From an uncultured Acidobacteriota bacterium (lineage in GTDB: Bacteria; Acidobacteriota; Thermoanaerobaculia; UBA5066): 64,000 nucleotides of DNA. The translations under genes were made by a program, and so were the position numbers. The notes under the pieces were generated by a model. It searched no databases, was not told the origin of the DNA, and saw only the letters and a list, made by a program, of their open reading frames with translations. The stretch spans positions 2,567,019 to 2,631,018 of the forward strand of contig CAWDEX010000001.1 of NCBI GenBank assembly GCA_963801475.1, read 5' to 3'. Positions 29,301 to 37,340 of this stretch are shown here, in pieces; the stretch's first letter is position 1; the number at the start of each line of letters is the position of its first letter.

Positions 29301-29983
29301 TCGAGCGTCGTCTCGCGTGTCTCGCTGAACGGTTTCGTCTTCCCGTGAAGGGAAAAGGGGGAGCCGTTCACCGTCGCCTCGAAGGCGGGCTGCGTCGTGA
29401 TCTCGACCTTCGACGGGATGTTCGAGAGGAAGGGGATGCCGATCCGGAGGTCGCGGACCGTGTGCTTCGTCTGCTTCGGCCGGTCGTCGAAGTCGACGCT
29501 CCCGTCGAAGACCTCGATGTTGTTCAGCGAGAAGCGAAGGGGCTTCGCGGGCTTCCCCTCCTCCCCGGGCTCCGGCTTCGATGCCCCGTCCAGGAGGTCC
29601 TGGAAGCTGTACCGGCCGTCGGGCCGCCGGACGACCGAGAGGGAGGGCTTCGAGACCCTGACGGCCGACAGGACCGGCCCGCCCCGGAAGATCGAGGACG
29701 ACTCGAGGTTCAGGTAAAGCGTTTCGAATGAGAAGAACGGCCCGCCGTCACGGTCCCTGACGGCGAGGTTCCCGAGCGTGGCCGAGAGGGTGAACGGGTT
29801 GATCGAGAGGCTCCCGAGCGCCACGGGGCGTTGCAGCCGCTCGGCCAGCTTCCGCTCCACGACCGGCCGAAGGAGTCGCGGAAGGGCGAGGAAACCGACG
29901 ATCGCCCAGAGGAGCAGGAGCCCGCTAACAACGACGAGAAGTCGTTTCAGGCGCGGAAGCCAGACCGTGTCGTTGTGGCTCAC
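26372..29983 (-). CDS. DUF748/AsmA-like large envelope protein with an OmpA-like C-terminal region
   Basis: Long uninterrupted ORF. N-terminal TM LKRLLVVVSGLLLLWAIVGFLALP. Motifs LSINPFTLSATLGNLAVRD and GGPFFSFETLYLNLESSSIFRGGPVLSAVRV are repeated, as in DUF748 proteins. The GTG at 29983 was chosen as start; the track start at 30250 would overlap the divergent promoter region. Confidence 0.75.
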   Translation of the reverse strand: MSHNDTVWLPRLKRLLVVVSGLLLLWAIVGFLALPRLLRPVVERKLAERLQRPVALGSLSINPFTLSATLGNLAVRDRDGGPFFSFETLYLNLESSSIFRGGPVLSAVRVSKPSLSVVRRPDGRYSFQDLLDGASKPEPGEEGKPAKPLRFSLNNIEVFDGSVDFDDRPKQTKHTVRDLRIGIPFLSNIPSKVEITTQPAFEATVNGSPFSLHGKTKPFSETRETTLDVVFDDVDLPFYLSYLPSETPSKLTSGRLDAKLTLAFTQPHKGSPSLIVSGSGALRNVAVSLNGQPLMAWDRFEAVLDSVDVFGRKARIRSLTAVSPELWVRRETMGEHNIANAFVAPASAAGREERKAATEKPPAKAAPSFLVEIAEMGIEAGKVHYDNFAFHPPFHALFGELTASVKGFSTEPGKAASVEASAKTDKGELFRNAGTVSMEPFTLAGTFSVEGVPLKSYTTFLDEFVPVVIEDGLLDLKTEYRFSTGKDANTVLSGLSVAVKSPRLRKKSEKEPFFRAATLSLSETSVDLAKHEVVLGRIESASGLLAVVREKDGRADLMSLRPAPPPGASPPPPSLPWAVKVKRFGLSGYTVDIDDRGFDRPAVYALTKADVLLENVSTEAGTRAMLTVRAGLDGKGLATAKGPVGMAPTYAELRLDVKGVDLVPLQAYALPNLRLDLARGTANVAGTLSLREDANGKASVVYSGDALISGFFAVDQTTKLDFLKWETLSATGMKAGYNPIFFEAKQVAAVGAECDVTIEADGSVNVRKIVGKPEPKEEEEAAAPTPVPPTPSSPAKAGESEPRAVIPVRIDELTLQGGQIGLADFFIRPNYSATLGNLGGRVTGLSSADGTVAALDLRGSLANHSPLQVSGSINPLAAATFADVKASFRDIDLAAFTPYSGKYAGYKIAGGLMTMEVAYKVQNRKLVASNRFLVTGFDFGEKVESKDATKLPVRLAVSLLKDKDGVIDLDLPIEGSLDDPKFRIGKVIWQILGNLIAKAATAPFALLGKLLGGKGEEYSSLDFADGVAVLDDAAKKKLDSLAKALQDRPALKLQATGCFSGEADLEGLRRDRIAQKVKAQKLADLVKKGAAPSSVDEVVVDPAEYPEYLKRAYKKEKFPKPKTALGFAKDIPAEEMEKLMLTNAAVGDADLRTLALARASAVKDYLVGPGKVDGARVFVLEPGGAPCPAKDKARASRVDFSLK

Positions 29984-30161
29984 GTCGCTCTCGGGATACT
30001 CGGGACGACGAAGTCTACCTCCGGCCAGCGGATTCGTTCTCGATCCCCAACTGAACCTTTCGCTCCGCCTTTCGTATTGGATTTCAAGCGAATTGCCATC
30101 CTGGGGTTGGGCATTTCTGGCACACCCGGGCGGGCGGTTCCGGATCGGGAAGGAGAGGCCG

Positions 30162-31391
30162 ATGAATCCCAAACGCAAGAGGTTGATCCTTATCGCTGCG
30201 GGGATCCTGATCCTCGGCGGCGCCGGCGCCGTCTTTGCGGCCCGGAGCAAGGAAAAGCCGAAGGACGGGAAGGAAGCCCCCCTCCCCTTCCGGCTCGGAA
30301 AGGTCTCCGCCGAGGACCTCCAGGTGTCGGTCCGCGAGGTGGGGGTCGTCGAGCCCGAGACGAAGGTCGACGTGAAATCGGCCGTATCGGGCCGCGTCGT
30401 CAGCCTAAAGGTCCGCGAAGGAGCCGTCGTGAAGGTGGGCGACCTCCTGGCCGAGGTGGAGCCCGACGTGAATCAGGCCCAGTCGCTCTCCGACGTCCAG
30501 GCCAGCGTGGTCACGGCCGAGCTGACCCTCAAGGACGCCGAGCGTCAGTTCTCCTCGCAGGAGCGGCTCTTCAAGGAAGGGCTCATCGGGCGGGAGACAC
30601 TCAAGGACTTCCAGATCAAGCGCGACCTCGCCGCCGACGCCCTCAAGGCCGCACGGACGCGCTACCAGATCGTCCAGGACCGCGGCATTCCGATCTCCGG
30701 AGACGCCTCGACGCAGAAGGCCCGGGTCACGAGCCCGATGAACGGCGTCGTCATCACGAAAGGGGTCGAGCTGGGCGAGACGGTCACCTCCGGCGTCTCG
30801 TCGTTCAACGCCGGGACCGTCCTCTTCACCGTCGCCGACCTGAAGTCGATCATCATCAAGGTCAACCTGAACGAGGTCGACATCGCGAAGGTCGCCGTCG
30901 GCCAGCCGGTCCGGATCACGCTCGACGCCTATCCCCAGAAGGTCTTTGGCGGGAAGGTCCGCTTCGTCGCCCCGTCCGCCAAGCTCCTCGAGAAGATCAA
31001 GGTCTTCCTCGTCGAGATCGCGCTGGACGACCTGTCGGACGCCTACCGGACCGGCATGAGCGCCAACGTCGAGATCCTCGGGCAGAAGCGCGAGAAGGCC
31101 GTCTCCATCCCGCTCGAGGCGCTCCAGCGGAAGGAAGGCGACACGGTCGTATACCGCCTCAAGGCGAATCTGAAGCCGCCGGAGATCGAGAAGGCGAAGA
31201 AGGGGCTCTCGGGCCGCGGCAAGTTCACCTGGCTCTCCGACAACTGGAAGGACTACTTCGAGGTCGTCCCGGTGAAGGCCGGCATCGCCACCCTCGAGCG
31301 TGTCGAGATCCTCTCGGGAGTCAAGGCCGCCGACCAGGTGGCGCTGGAGGATCCGACGCGCCGCAAGGTGGAGAAGGACGATGACAACTAA
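30162..31391 (+). CDS. Efflux periplasmic adaptor (HlyD/MacA family)
   Basis: ATG at 30162 follows GGAAGGAGAG. N-terminal TM. Lipoyl/hairpin/barrel pattern: VKSAVSGRVVSLKVREGAVVKVGDLLAEVEP...RVTSPMNGVVITKGVELGETV...VNEVDIAKVAVGQPVRITLDAYP. Confidence 0.85.
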   Translation: MNPKRKRLILIAAGILILGGAGAVFAARSKEKPKDGKEAPLPFRLGKVSAEDLQVSVREVGVVEPETKVDVKSAVSGRVVSLKVREGAVVKVGDLLAEVEPDVNQAQSLSDVQASVVTAELTLKDAERQFSSQERLFKEGLIGRETLKDFQIKRDLAADALKAARTRYQIVQDRGIPISGDASTQKARVTSPMNGVVITKGVELGETVTSGVSSFNAGTVLFTVADLKSIIIKVNLNEVDIAKVAVGQPVRITLDAYPQKVFGGKVRFVAPSAKLLEKIKVFLVEIALDDLSDAYRTGMSANVEILGQKREKAVSIPLEALQRKEGDTVVYRLKANLKPPEIEKAKKGLSGRGKFTWLSDNWKDYFEVVPVKAGIATLERVEILSGVKAADQVALEDPTRRKVEKDDDN

Positions 31392-32073
31392 CATCATCGA
31401 GACCGCGGGCCTGACGAAGGTCTTCGGCGGAAACGGCATGGCGGTCCACGCCCTGCGCGGCATCGACATGGCCGTCGGCCGCGGGGAGTTCGTGGCGCTC
31501 GTCGGCCCTTCGGGGTCGGGGAAGTCGACGCTCATGGCGATCCTCGGCTGTCTCGACTCTCCCACCGACGGGAGCTACCTCCTCGACGGCGAGCCGGTTC
31601 AGGGGCTCTCCGGGCCGGCTCTCGCCCGGATCCGGAACGAGAAGGTCGGCTTCGTCTTCCAGAACTACAACCTCCTGCCGAAGGCGAACGTCCTCCGGAA
31701 CGTCGAGCTGCCGCTCCTCTACGCCGGCCTTCCGCGGAAGGAGCGCAAGGCGCGCGCGCTCGAGATGCTCGAGAAGGTCGGCATCCCGGAGAAGGCGAAC
31801 GTCCTCCCCGCCAAGCTCTCGGGGGGGCAGCGGCAGCGTGTCGCCATCGCCCGGGCGCTCGCGAACCGTCCGGCGCTCCTCCTGGCAGACGAGCCGACCG
31901 GCGCCCTCGACTCGAAGACCGGCGGCGAGGTGCTCGAGCTCTTCTCCGAGCTGAACCGGCAGGGGAACACCGTCGTCCTCGTCACGCACGACCCGAAGAT
32001 CGCCGCGATGGCGCAGCGCCGGGTCGAGCTGTCCGACGGCCTCGTCGTGACGACGGAAGAGAAAGCCGCGTGA
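31381..32073 (+). CDS. ABC transporter ATP-binding protein (MacB/LolD family)
   Basis: GPSGSGKSTLM (Walker A), LSGGQRQRVAIARAL (signature), LLLADEPTGALD (Walker B), VLVTHD (H-loop). Confidence 0.9.
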   Translation: MTTNIIETAGLTKVFGGNGMAVHALRGIDMAVGRGEFVALVGPSGSGKSTLMAILGCLDSPTDGSYLLDGEPVQGLSGPALARIRNEKVGFVFQNYNLLPKANVLRNVELPLLYAGLPRKERKARALEMLEKVGIPEKANVLPAKLSGGQRQRVAIARALANRPALLLADEPTGALDSKTGGEVLELFSELNRQGNTVVLVTHDPKIAAMAQRRVELSDGLVVTTEEKAA

Positions 32074-33323
32074 CCCTCTCCGGCGCGTTCCGCGAGCGCC
32101 TCCGGAGCGCGTGGATCGAGATCCGGGAGAACCTCGGACGCTCGGTCCTGCAGGCGCTCGGCGTGATGCTCGGCGTGGCGTCGGTCCTCGGGGGCTTTTC
32201 CATCTCCGACAGCATGCGCCGCCACTCCGAGGACGCCTGGATGAAGCGGGGCGGCTTCGACAAGCTGAACGTCCAGCCGGCCGGCGCCCTCCGCGACGGG
32301 ACGACGCCGACCGCCCTCCAGAACGCCAACCTCGGCCTGCGCAACGTCGACGCGGTCGAGGGGGAAACGACGAGCGACAAGGCCGTGCAGGCCGTCAGCG
32401 TCGAGCGGTTCGCGAGCGCGCGGGTCCGTTCCCCCTTCGCCGACCGCGACCGCCAGATCCGCGGAATCGCGGCCGACTACCTCGCGATGAACGGCTACGA
32501 GGTCGAGAAGGGGCGGTCTTTCGGCGCCGAGGACATCGAGAAGGCCGCCCCGGTCGCCCTCCTCGGCGCCGAGGCGGTCAGCGTCTTCTTCCCGACCGGC
32601 GAGGCGGTCGGGCAGGTGATCCGGATCGGAGACACCCCCGTCACCGTCGTCGGCGTCCTCAAGGAGAAGGTCTTCCGCTGGCGCGAGAGCGACCCGAACG
32701 TCTTCGCGTGGCGGAACCGGATCATCGCCCTCCCGTCGACGCTCGTCTCCCGCCGGATGCAGGGGGACGCGCACCGGCGCGTGGACCGCGTCGTCTTTAA
32801 GGTGCCGAACCTCGGCCTGATGGACATCTTCTCGAAGGGGCTGACGTCGGTCCTCAAGGGAAACCACCGGCTGCAGGACGACTTCCGCCTCGACGACATC
32901 GCGGCCCGGGTGAAGAAGCACCAGAGCCAGGGGCAGGTCTACAACCTGGTCTTCATGCTCTCGGGGATCCTCTCGCTCATCGGAGGCGGGATGGTGAACG
33001 TCAACATCCAGCTGGCGTCGCTGAAGGAGCGGGTTCGCGAGGTGGGCGTGAAGATGGCCATCGGCGCCTCGGGGCGCGAGGTCTTCAAGGAGTTCATGAC
33101 CGAGGCGCTCCTCCTGACGAGCCTCGGCGGCGTCGTCGGCTTCGTCCTCGGCGCCGTCTTCTCGAAGGTCATCACCAAGGCGCTCGAGGTCCCGCTCTGG
33201 ATGGACCCGCTGAGCTTCGTCTGGGCCTTCGGCCTCGCCCTCGTCTTCGGGTTCGTCTTCGCCATCTACCCGGCGTGGAAGGCAGCGCGGCTATCTCCCA
33301 TGGAGGCCCTGAGGTATGAGTAG
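32070..33323 (+). CDS. ABC transporter permease (MacB_PCD + FtsX domain), copy 1
   Basis: The GTG start overlaps the ATPase stop (GTGA). 417 aa with an N-terminal TM, a large periplasmic domain, and a C-terminal FtsX helix bundle ending YPAWKAARLSPMEALRYE. Confidence 0.85.
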   Translation: MTLSGAFRERLRSAWIEIRENLGRSVLQALGVMLGVASVLGGFSISDSMRRHSEDAWMKRGGFDKLNVQPAGALRDGTTPTALQNANLGLRNVDAVEGETTSDKAVQAVSVERFASARVRSPFADRDRQIRGIAADYLAMNGYEVEKGRSFGAEDIEKAAPVALLGAEAVSVFFPTGEAVGQVIRIGDTPVTVVGVLKEKVFRWRESDPNVFAWRNRIIALPSTLVSRRMQGDAHRRVDRVVFKVPNLGLMDIFSKGLTSVLKGNHRLQDDFRLDDIAARVKKHQSQGQVYNLVFMLSGILSLIGGGMVNVNIQLASLKERVREVGVKMAIGASGREVFKEFMTEALLLTSLGGVVGFVLGAVFSKVITKALEVPLWMDPLSFVWAFGLALVFGFVFAIYPAWKAARLSPMEALRYE

Positions 33324-34614
33324 TGTCGCCCTCGACGCTCCCGCCGTTGCCGGGCCGAAGCCCGTGGTACGGCGCCTCTCGGCCGCCGCCCAGCTGGGGC
33401 TCGTCTGGGAGACCATCAAGGGGGGGTTCATCGAGTTGTGGGCGCACAAGCTCCGCTCGATCCTGACGCTGACGCTCCTGATGCTCGGCGTCTTCGCCCT
33501 CGTCGTCATGACTTCCGTCCTCGACGGAATCCTCGACAAGGTCGGGACCGGCTTCGAGGGAATGGCGTGGGACGGGACGGCCGTCGTCCAGGCGAAGGCC
33601 GCCGAGACGACCGAGGACCAGAAGCGCTTCGCCATGTCGCCCGGCTTCCGGTTCGAGGACCTCCCCCGGCTCACGGCCCCTCACGAGAAGGTGCTCGCCT
33701 TCCTCCCGCGCGCCACGAAGCGCTCCTTCGTGAAGACGCCGGGCGGAATCGAGCGGATGTTCGTCACCGGCCTGACGCCCGAGTACGCCCGCTACATGAA
33801 CCGCCCCATCCAGTCGGGGCGCGGCCTGACCGAGGACGACCAGAAGCGGCGGAGCACCGTGGCCGTGGTGGGCGCGACGCTCGGGGCGAAGCTCTTCGGC
33901 GGCGCCGACCCCGTCGGGCGCGACGTCGTCGTGGAGGGAGTCCCCTACCGGATCGTCGGCCTGCAGGACCGGATCCAGATCTTCAACGAGGAGATGTACC
34001 TCGACGCCAACGGCATCCAGATCCCGCTCGAGACCTACATGGACCGGATGGACCCCTCGCACAAGCTGACGAGCGTGGCCGTGAAGCTCGCGAGGAAGAG
34101 CGACCTTGGGGAGGTCTCGAGCGTCGTCATCGGGCGGGTCAAGCAGGCCCACCACGGAATCGAGGACGTGGAGATCAAGGACCTCGAGGCCGAGGCGGCC
34201 AAGTGGTACCGGCAGTTCCTGAACGAGATGCGGGGCTGGCGGATCGTCCTTTTGTCGCTCGCAGCCACGGTCCTCCTCGTCGGCGGCGTCGGCGTCCTCT
34301 CCGTGATGCTGATCTCCTTCTCCGACCGGCGGTTCGAGATCGGCCTCAGGAAGTCGCTCGGGGCCTCTGACGGCGAGATCCTCCTCCAGTTCCTCCTCGA
34401 GGCCGCCGTCCTCGCCTCCCTCGGGGCGTTCGTCGGCACCGTCGCGGGCGCCGTCCTCTGCAAGGCCCTCTCGCCGATGTTCCCGTGGGGGCTCGTCGTG
34501 AACCCCGTCGGCCTCGTCGTCGCGTGGTGCGTCGCGCTCGGCCTCGCTCTCGTCTTCGGCCTCTACCCCGCCATCCGCGCCTCGCGCCTGACGCCGATGG
34601 AGGCGATGCGGTAG
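33316..34614 (+). CDS. ABC transporter permease (MacB_PCD + FtsX domain), copy 2. Its last 51 nt form attL of the adjacent element.
   Basis: 432 aa with the same architecture as copy 1. It ends LYPAIRASRLTPMEAMR*. The 3' end is duplicated at 41123-41173. Confidence 0.85.
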   Translation: MSSVALDAPAVAGPKPVVRRLSAAAQLGLVWETIKGGFIELWAHKLRSILTLTLLMLGVFALVVMTSVLDGILDKVGTGFEGMAWDGTAVVQAKAAETTEDQKRFAMSPGFRFEDLPRLTAPHEKVLAFLPRATKRSFVKTPGGIERMFVTGLTPEYARYMNRPIQSGRGLTEDDQKRRSTVAVVGATLGAKLFGGADPVGRDVVVEGVPYRIVGLQDRIQIFNEEMYLDANGIQIPLETYMDRMDPSHKLTSVAVKLARKSDLGEVSSVVIGRVKQAHHGIEDVEIKDLEAEAAKWYRQFLNEMRGWRIVLLSLAATVLLVGGVGVLSVMLISFSDRRFEIGLRKSLGASDGEILLQFLLEAAVLASLGAFVGTVAGAVLCKALSPMFPWGLVVNPVGLVVAWCVALGLALVFGLYPAIRASRLTPMEAMR

Positions 34615-35672
34615 AAATTCCCTGAAAACACGCGCACTTTCTTATTCGCGAGTTCTCTGGAAGTTCTCAAGTTTCCGTCGAGCGCATCCTTCACGACGCT
34701 CAAGGCGGAAGCGTCGGGGCGCGCGTAGGCCGCAGTTTGCGAGAGCGTCCGGTGCCCGAGCGCGCGCTGTATCAGTAGCGGACTCACGTTCGCGGACGCG
34801 AGACGCGACGCGAAGTCGTGACGGAGCGCATGGAACGGCACCGCGACGCGAGCGTGAACGCGCGCCCGTTCGAATCCTTGACGCAGCGTACCGAGGCCGA
34901 AGGGGACGACGCGCTCACCGTCGCCGATCGCGCGAAGATCTTCGAGCGCCTCGCGGCACGCGTTCGAGATCGGAACCTCGACGCGCTCGCCCGTTTTGTG
35001 AGCCGTGAAGCGGATGACGTCGTCGGCGACGTTCTCCCACGTGAGCGCGAGGAGATCTCCGCGACGTATCCCCGTCTCGATCGCCAGCACGACGGCGGGG
35101 CGCACGCGCCGATAGGTGCGCCGGATCTCGTCGAATGCCGCGAGGAGTCGCGCCCGCTCGTCGTCCGTGAGAGCCGCGCCTCGTCGCCTTCACGCGCGCA
35201 CGCTTCACGCGGGGCAGCGCGGGGAGCGCCTCCCCGTCGACCGCATCGCGCAGGACGCGGAGAACGATCCGCACGTAGTGGTTCACCGTCGAGGGCGAGA
35301 GACCGTCGCCTGCGAGAGCGTCGGCGAGGTCGCGCAGCGCGCTGCCGTCACTTCCGAGAGCTTGAACGCGCCGAGCGCCGGAACGATGCGAGCGTCGAGG
35401 ATGAAGCGCGCATCCTTCGCGGCCTTCGCTGAGAGTCTCGACGCGATCGCAGGCCAGCGCGCCTTGAGGTACTCGGCGAACGTCGGCGCGGGCGCAGTCG
35501 CCTTCACCCTCCCCGAGAGTACGTCCATGCGCCACGTGACAAATGCCGCGAGAGCTTCGGCGCGGGTAGCAGCGTGAATGACTCGTCGCCAGCGTCGCGC
35601 GCCGCGAGTGCCGGGCGCGGAGACTTCGCATCGGGCCGTGAGCGTGCGGGCGGACCAATGAAAACCGCGCAC
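34563..35672 (-). pseudogene. Tyrosine recombinase/phage-type integrase, split by two single-nt indels (near 35343 and 35172)
   Basis: Three frames join up:
- N-terminal TFAEYLKARWPAIASRLSAKAAKDARFILDARIVPALGAFKLSEVT
- ALRDLADALAGDGLSPSTVNHYVRIVLRVLRDAV
- LTDDERARLLAAFDE...AVVLAIETGIRRGDLLALTWENV...HALRHDFASRL...LGHRTLSQTAAYAR (the R, H-x-x-R and Y catalytic pattern)

The total of 1110 nt stays divisible by 3 after one deletion plus one insertion. Confidence 0.75.
34564..34614. repeat. 51-bp direct repeat, left copy (attL-like)
   Basis: taccccgccatccgcgcctcgcgcctgacgccgatggaggcgatgcggtag is identical to 41123-41173 by direct comparison. Confidence 0.85.
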
Positions 35673-35737
35673 GAGCGAAATCCTATACCACGAAAAAACT
35701 ATAGGAAAAATCGACCCCTCGCGTTTCCGTATAGCGC

Positions 35738-35769
35738 GACGCGTGACCCCTCCGGGGGGGGCACGCGTC
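35738..35769. repeat. Strong GC-rich inverted repeat (hairpin) between the helicase ORF end and the integrase start
   Basis: gacgcgtg-a-cccc-tcc-gggg-gggg-cacgcgtc has an 8-bp outer stem plus a 4-bp inner stem. No adjacent T-run is present, so it is not a canonical intrinsic terminator. Confidence 0.35.
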
Positions 35770-35774
35770 CATAG

Positions 35775-37340
35775 CTATCTAGCGATCCGTGCCGCAGGTG
35801 TACAAGTACCGCGCAACGCGAAAAGTTGGAAAGCGGGGCCGACGTGTGAGCTTCCAACATCCCCATAGGCCACCGGATGGGGTCGATAGGACCCCTCCTC
35901 CGGGGGAGGCGTGAGAGCGCGACCCTCACGCGAGGCCCGTAAACATTGGGCAGAGTGCGTATCGCTCTTCGAAAGATTCTCGCGCGCGACCCTTGATTTT
36001 CTGAGGCGCGCGCCCCATGTTGAGAGCGTCACTCGCCAACAGAAGGAGCAATCACCATGCAAGAAAAGCGCGCGGCCCTTTACCTTCGCGTCTCCACGGA
36101 CGAACAGGCCGCGTCCGGTCTCGGCCTCGAATCGCAAGAGGCGCGCTGCCGTGCGTTCGCGCTGGCGAAAGGCTTCGAGGTCTTCGACACGTACTCGGAT
36201 GCCGGCGTATCGGGCGCGCTTGATCCTGCGAAGCGTCCCGAGGCCGCGCTTCCACGTGACCCGCTCGGCGCGTTCGAGTTCCTCGCGAACGACACAGAAG
36301 TCGGGTCCGTCGAGCTTCGACCCCTTGCGCCAGAGCGCGGACGTCAAGCCGGGACGCCTCCGCAGTACGTCTTCCGCCTTCTTGATCTTCCCGGCAAGCG
36401 CGATCTGATCGGCCTCGTCCGCGCTCCGTTCGAGCGTCTCCTCGTCGACTTCCCGCACCGCGGCCCGTCGTGCGTCCCAGGTGAAGCTCGCGGACCCCTT
36501 CGACCCCAGCCGATTCTTCACGACGTTCAGCGTGAGGGTCTTGTCCGTGTCGCCGCTCAGAACGATCACCACGTGGCCCGCGTACTCGATCCCCGCGGAG
36601 TTCATCGCGGACGACAGGGGCGAGGAGTTCTCGCCCGGCCTCCCGCTGGCATACGACCTGCGGTTGGCCTGCGAAGTGACGATCGCGATCGAATCCTGCC
36701 GGCGCATCTCCCGCTTGAGGTAATCCGTCGCCGCGTTCGCCTTCTGGCGGTCGTCGAGGTCGTCCTCGTCGAGTCCGAGTCGTGCGCTTTGAATGGAGTC
36801 GATGACGTACACGCGCCGAAGATCTTTCGGGAAGGTCGCGTCCGTCTCCTCGCAGAGCTTTTTGATCGAGGTGTCACCTTGATCGAGAGGCGCGCTCTTG
36901 AGATGAAGCTCGGCCAGAAGGCGTCGAAGCTCCTCGATCGTCTCCGGGTCTTGACCTTCGAGCCTGTCGCGATCGAGACCGAGAGCTTGCCCGATGCGTA
37001 CCACGGCGGGCGCATCGCCTTCGTCGTCCCAGAGCATCCCCACGGCGCACGTGTGGGCCATGTGGAGCGCGATCTGCGCGGCGATGCCGGTCTTGGCGGC
37101 ACCGGGAGGCCCCACGAGAAACACGAGACGTCCTCCGGGGATGCCGCCGCGCGTGAGGCGATCGAGAAACGCGAGGCCCGTGCGCGTGCGATCACCCGGA
37201 GGAGTCGCGAGGAGCGCGTCGACCGGATCGAGAAGCCACGGGGCGCGATCCGCGCTCGCTCCGCTCTCCTCGATTGCCGCTGCCGCGCCCACGCTGCGGT
37301 GCTCGGGTGTCGTCGCGCCCCCCTGGCCCGCTCCTCCCGG
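35775..37340 (-). CDS. RecA/DnaB-like replicative ATPase domain (AAA_25/RepA-like). It is probably the C-terminal half of a primase-helicase fusion. Its last ~129 codons read antisense through the recombinase stub.
   Basis: GGIPGGRLVFLVGPPGAAKTGIAAQIAL (Walker A). RRVYVIDSIQSA (Walker B-like). AIVTSQANR. The credible sequence ends around ...ELERAERVTWKRG (about 36246). There is no stop until 35775. Confidence 0.65.
   Translation of the reverse strand, partial: PGGAGQGGATTPEHRSVGAAAAIEESGASADRAPWLLDPVDALLATPPGDRTRTGLAFLDRLTRGGIPGGRLVFLVGPPGAAKTGIAAQIALHMAHTCAVGMLWDDEGDAPAVVRIGQALGLDRDRLEGQDPETIEELRRLLAELHLKSAPLDQGDTSIKKLCEETDATFPKDLRRVYVIDSIQSARLGLDEDDLDDRQKANAATDYLKREMRRQDSIAIVTSQANRRSYASGRPGENSSPLSSAMNSAGIEYAGHVVIVLSGDTDKTLTLNVVKNRLGSKGSASFTWDARRAAVREVDEETLERSADEADQIALAGKIKKAEDVLRRRPGLTSALWRKGSKLDGPDFCVVREELERAERVTWKRGLGTLRRIKRARYAGIRVRVEDLEAFRQRERTAARLLRFEAETGRGLFVRGDAKVKGRALFLHGDCSFCWRVTLSTWGARLRKSRVARENLSKSDTHSAQCLRASREGRALTPPPEEGSYRPHPVAYGDVGSSHVGPAFQLFALRGTCTPAARIAR
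36057..36242 (+). pseudogene. N-terminal stub (about 62 codons) of a serine recombinase (resolvase/invertase family)
   Basis: AAGGAG lies 8 nt upstream of the ATG. MQEKRAALYLRVSTDEQAASGLGLESQEARCRAFALAKGFEVFDTYSDAGVSGALDPAKRPE carries the catalytic RVSTDEQ Ser motif and D.GVSG...RP. Similarity stops abruptly near 36243. The rest of the 488-aa track ORF is antisense to the helicase gene. Confidence 0.65.

Noticed and set aside
35990-36246. Excisionase/HTH-like sequence (…RRIKRARYAGIRVRVEDLEAFRQ…) in the reverse-strand ORF
   Set aside because: It is the exact antisense of the much stronger serine-recombinase N-terminal match (RVSTDEQ etc.), which has its own RBS. I treat it as an antisense coincidence.
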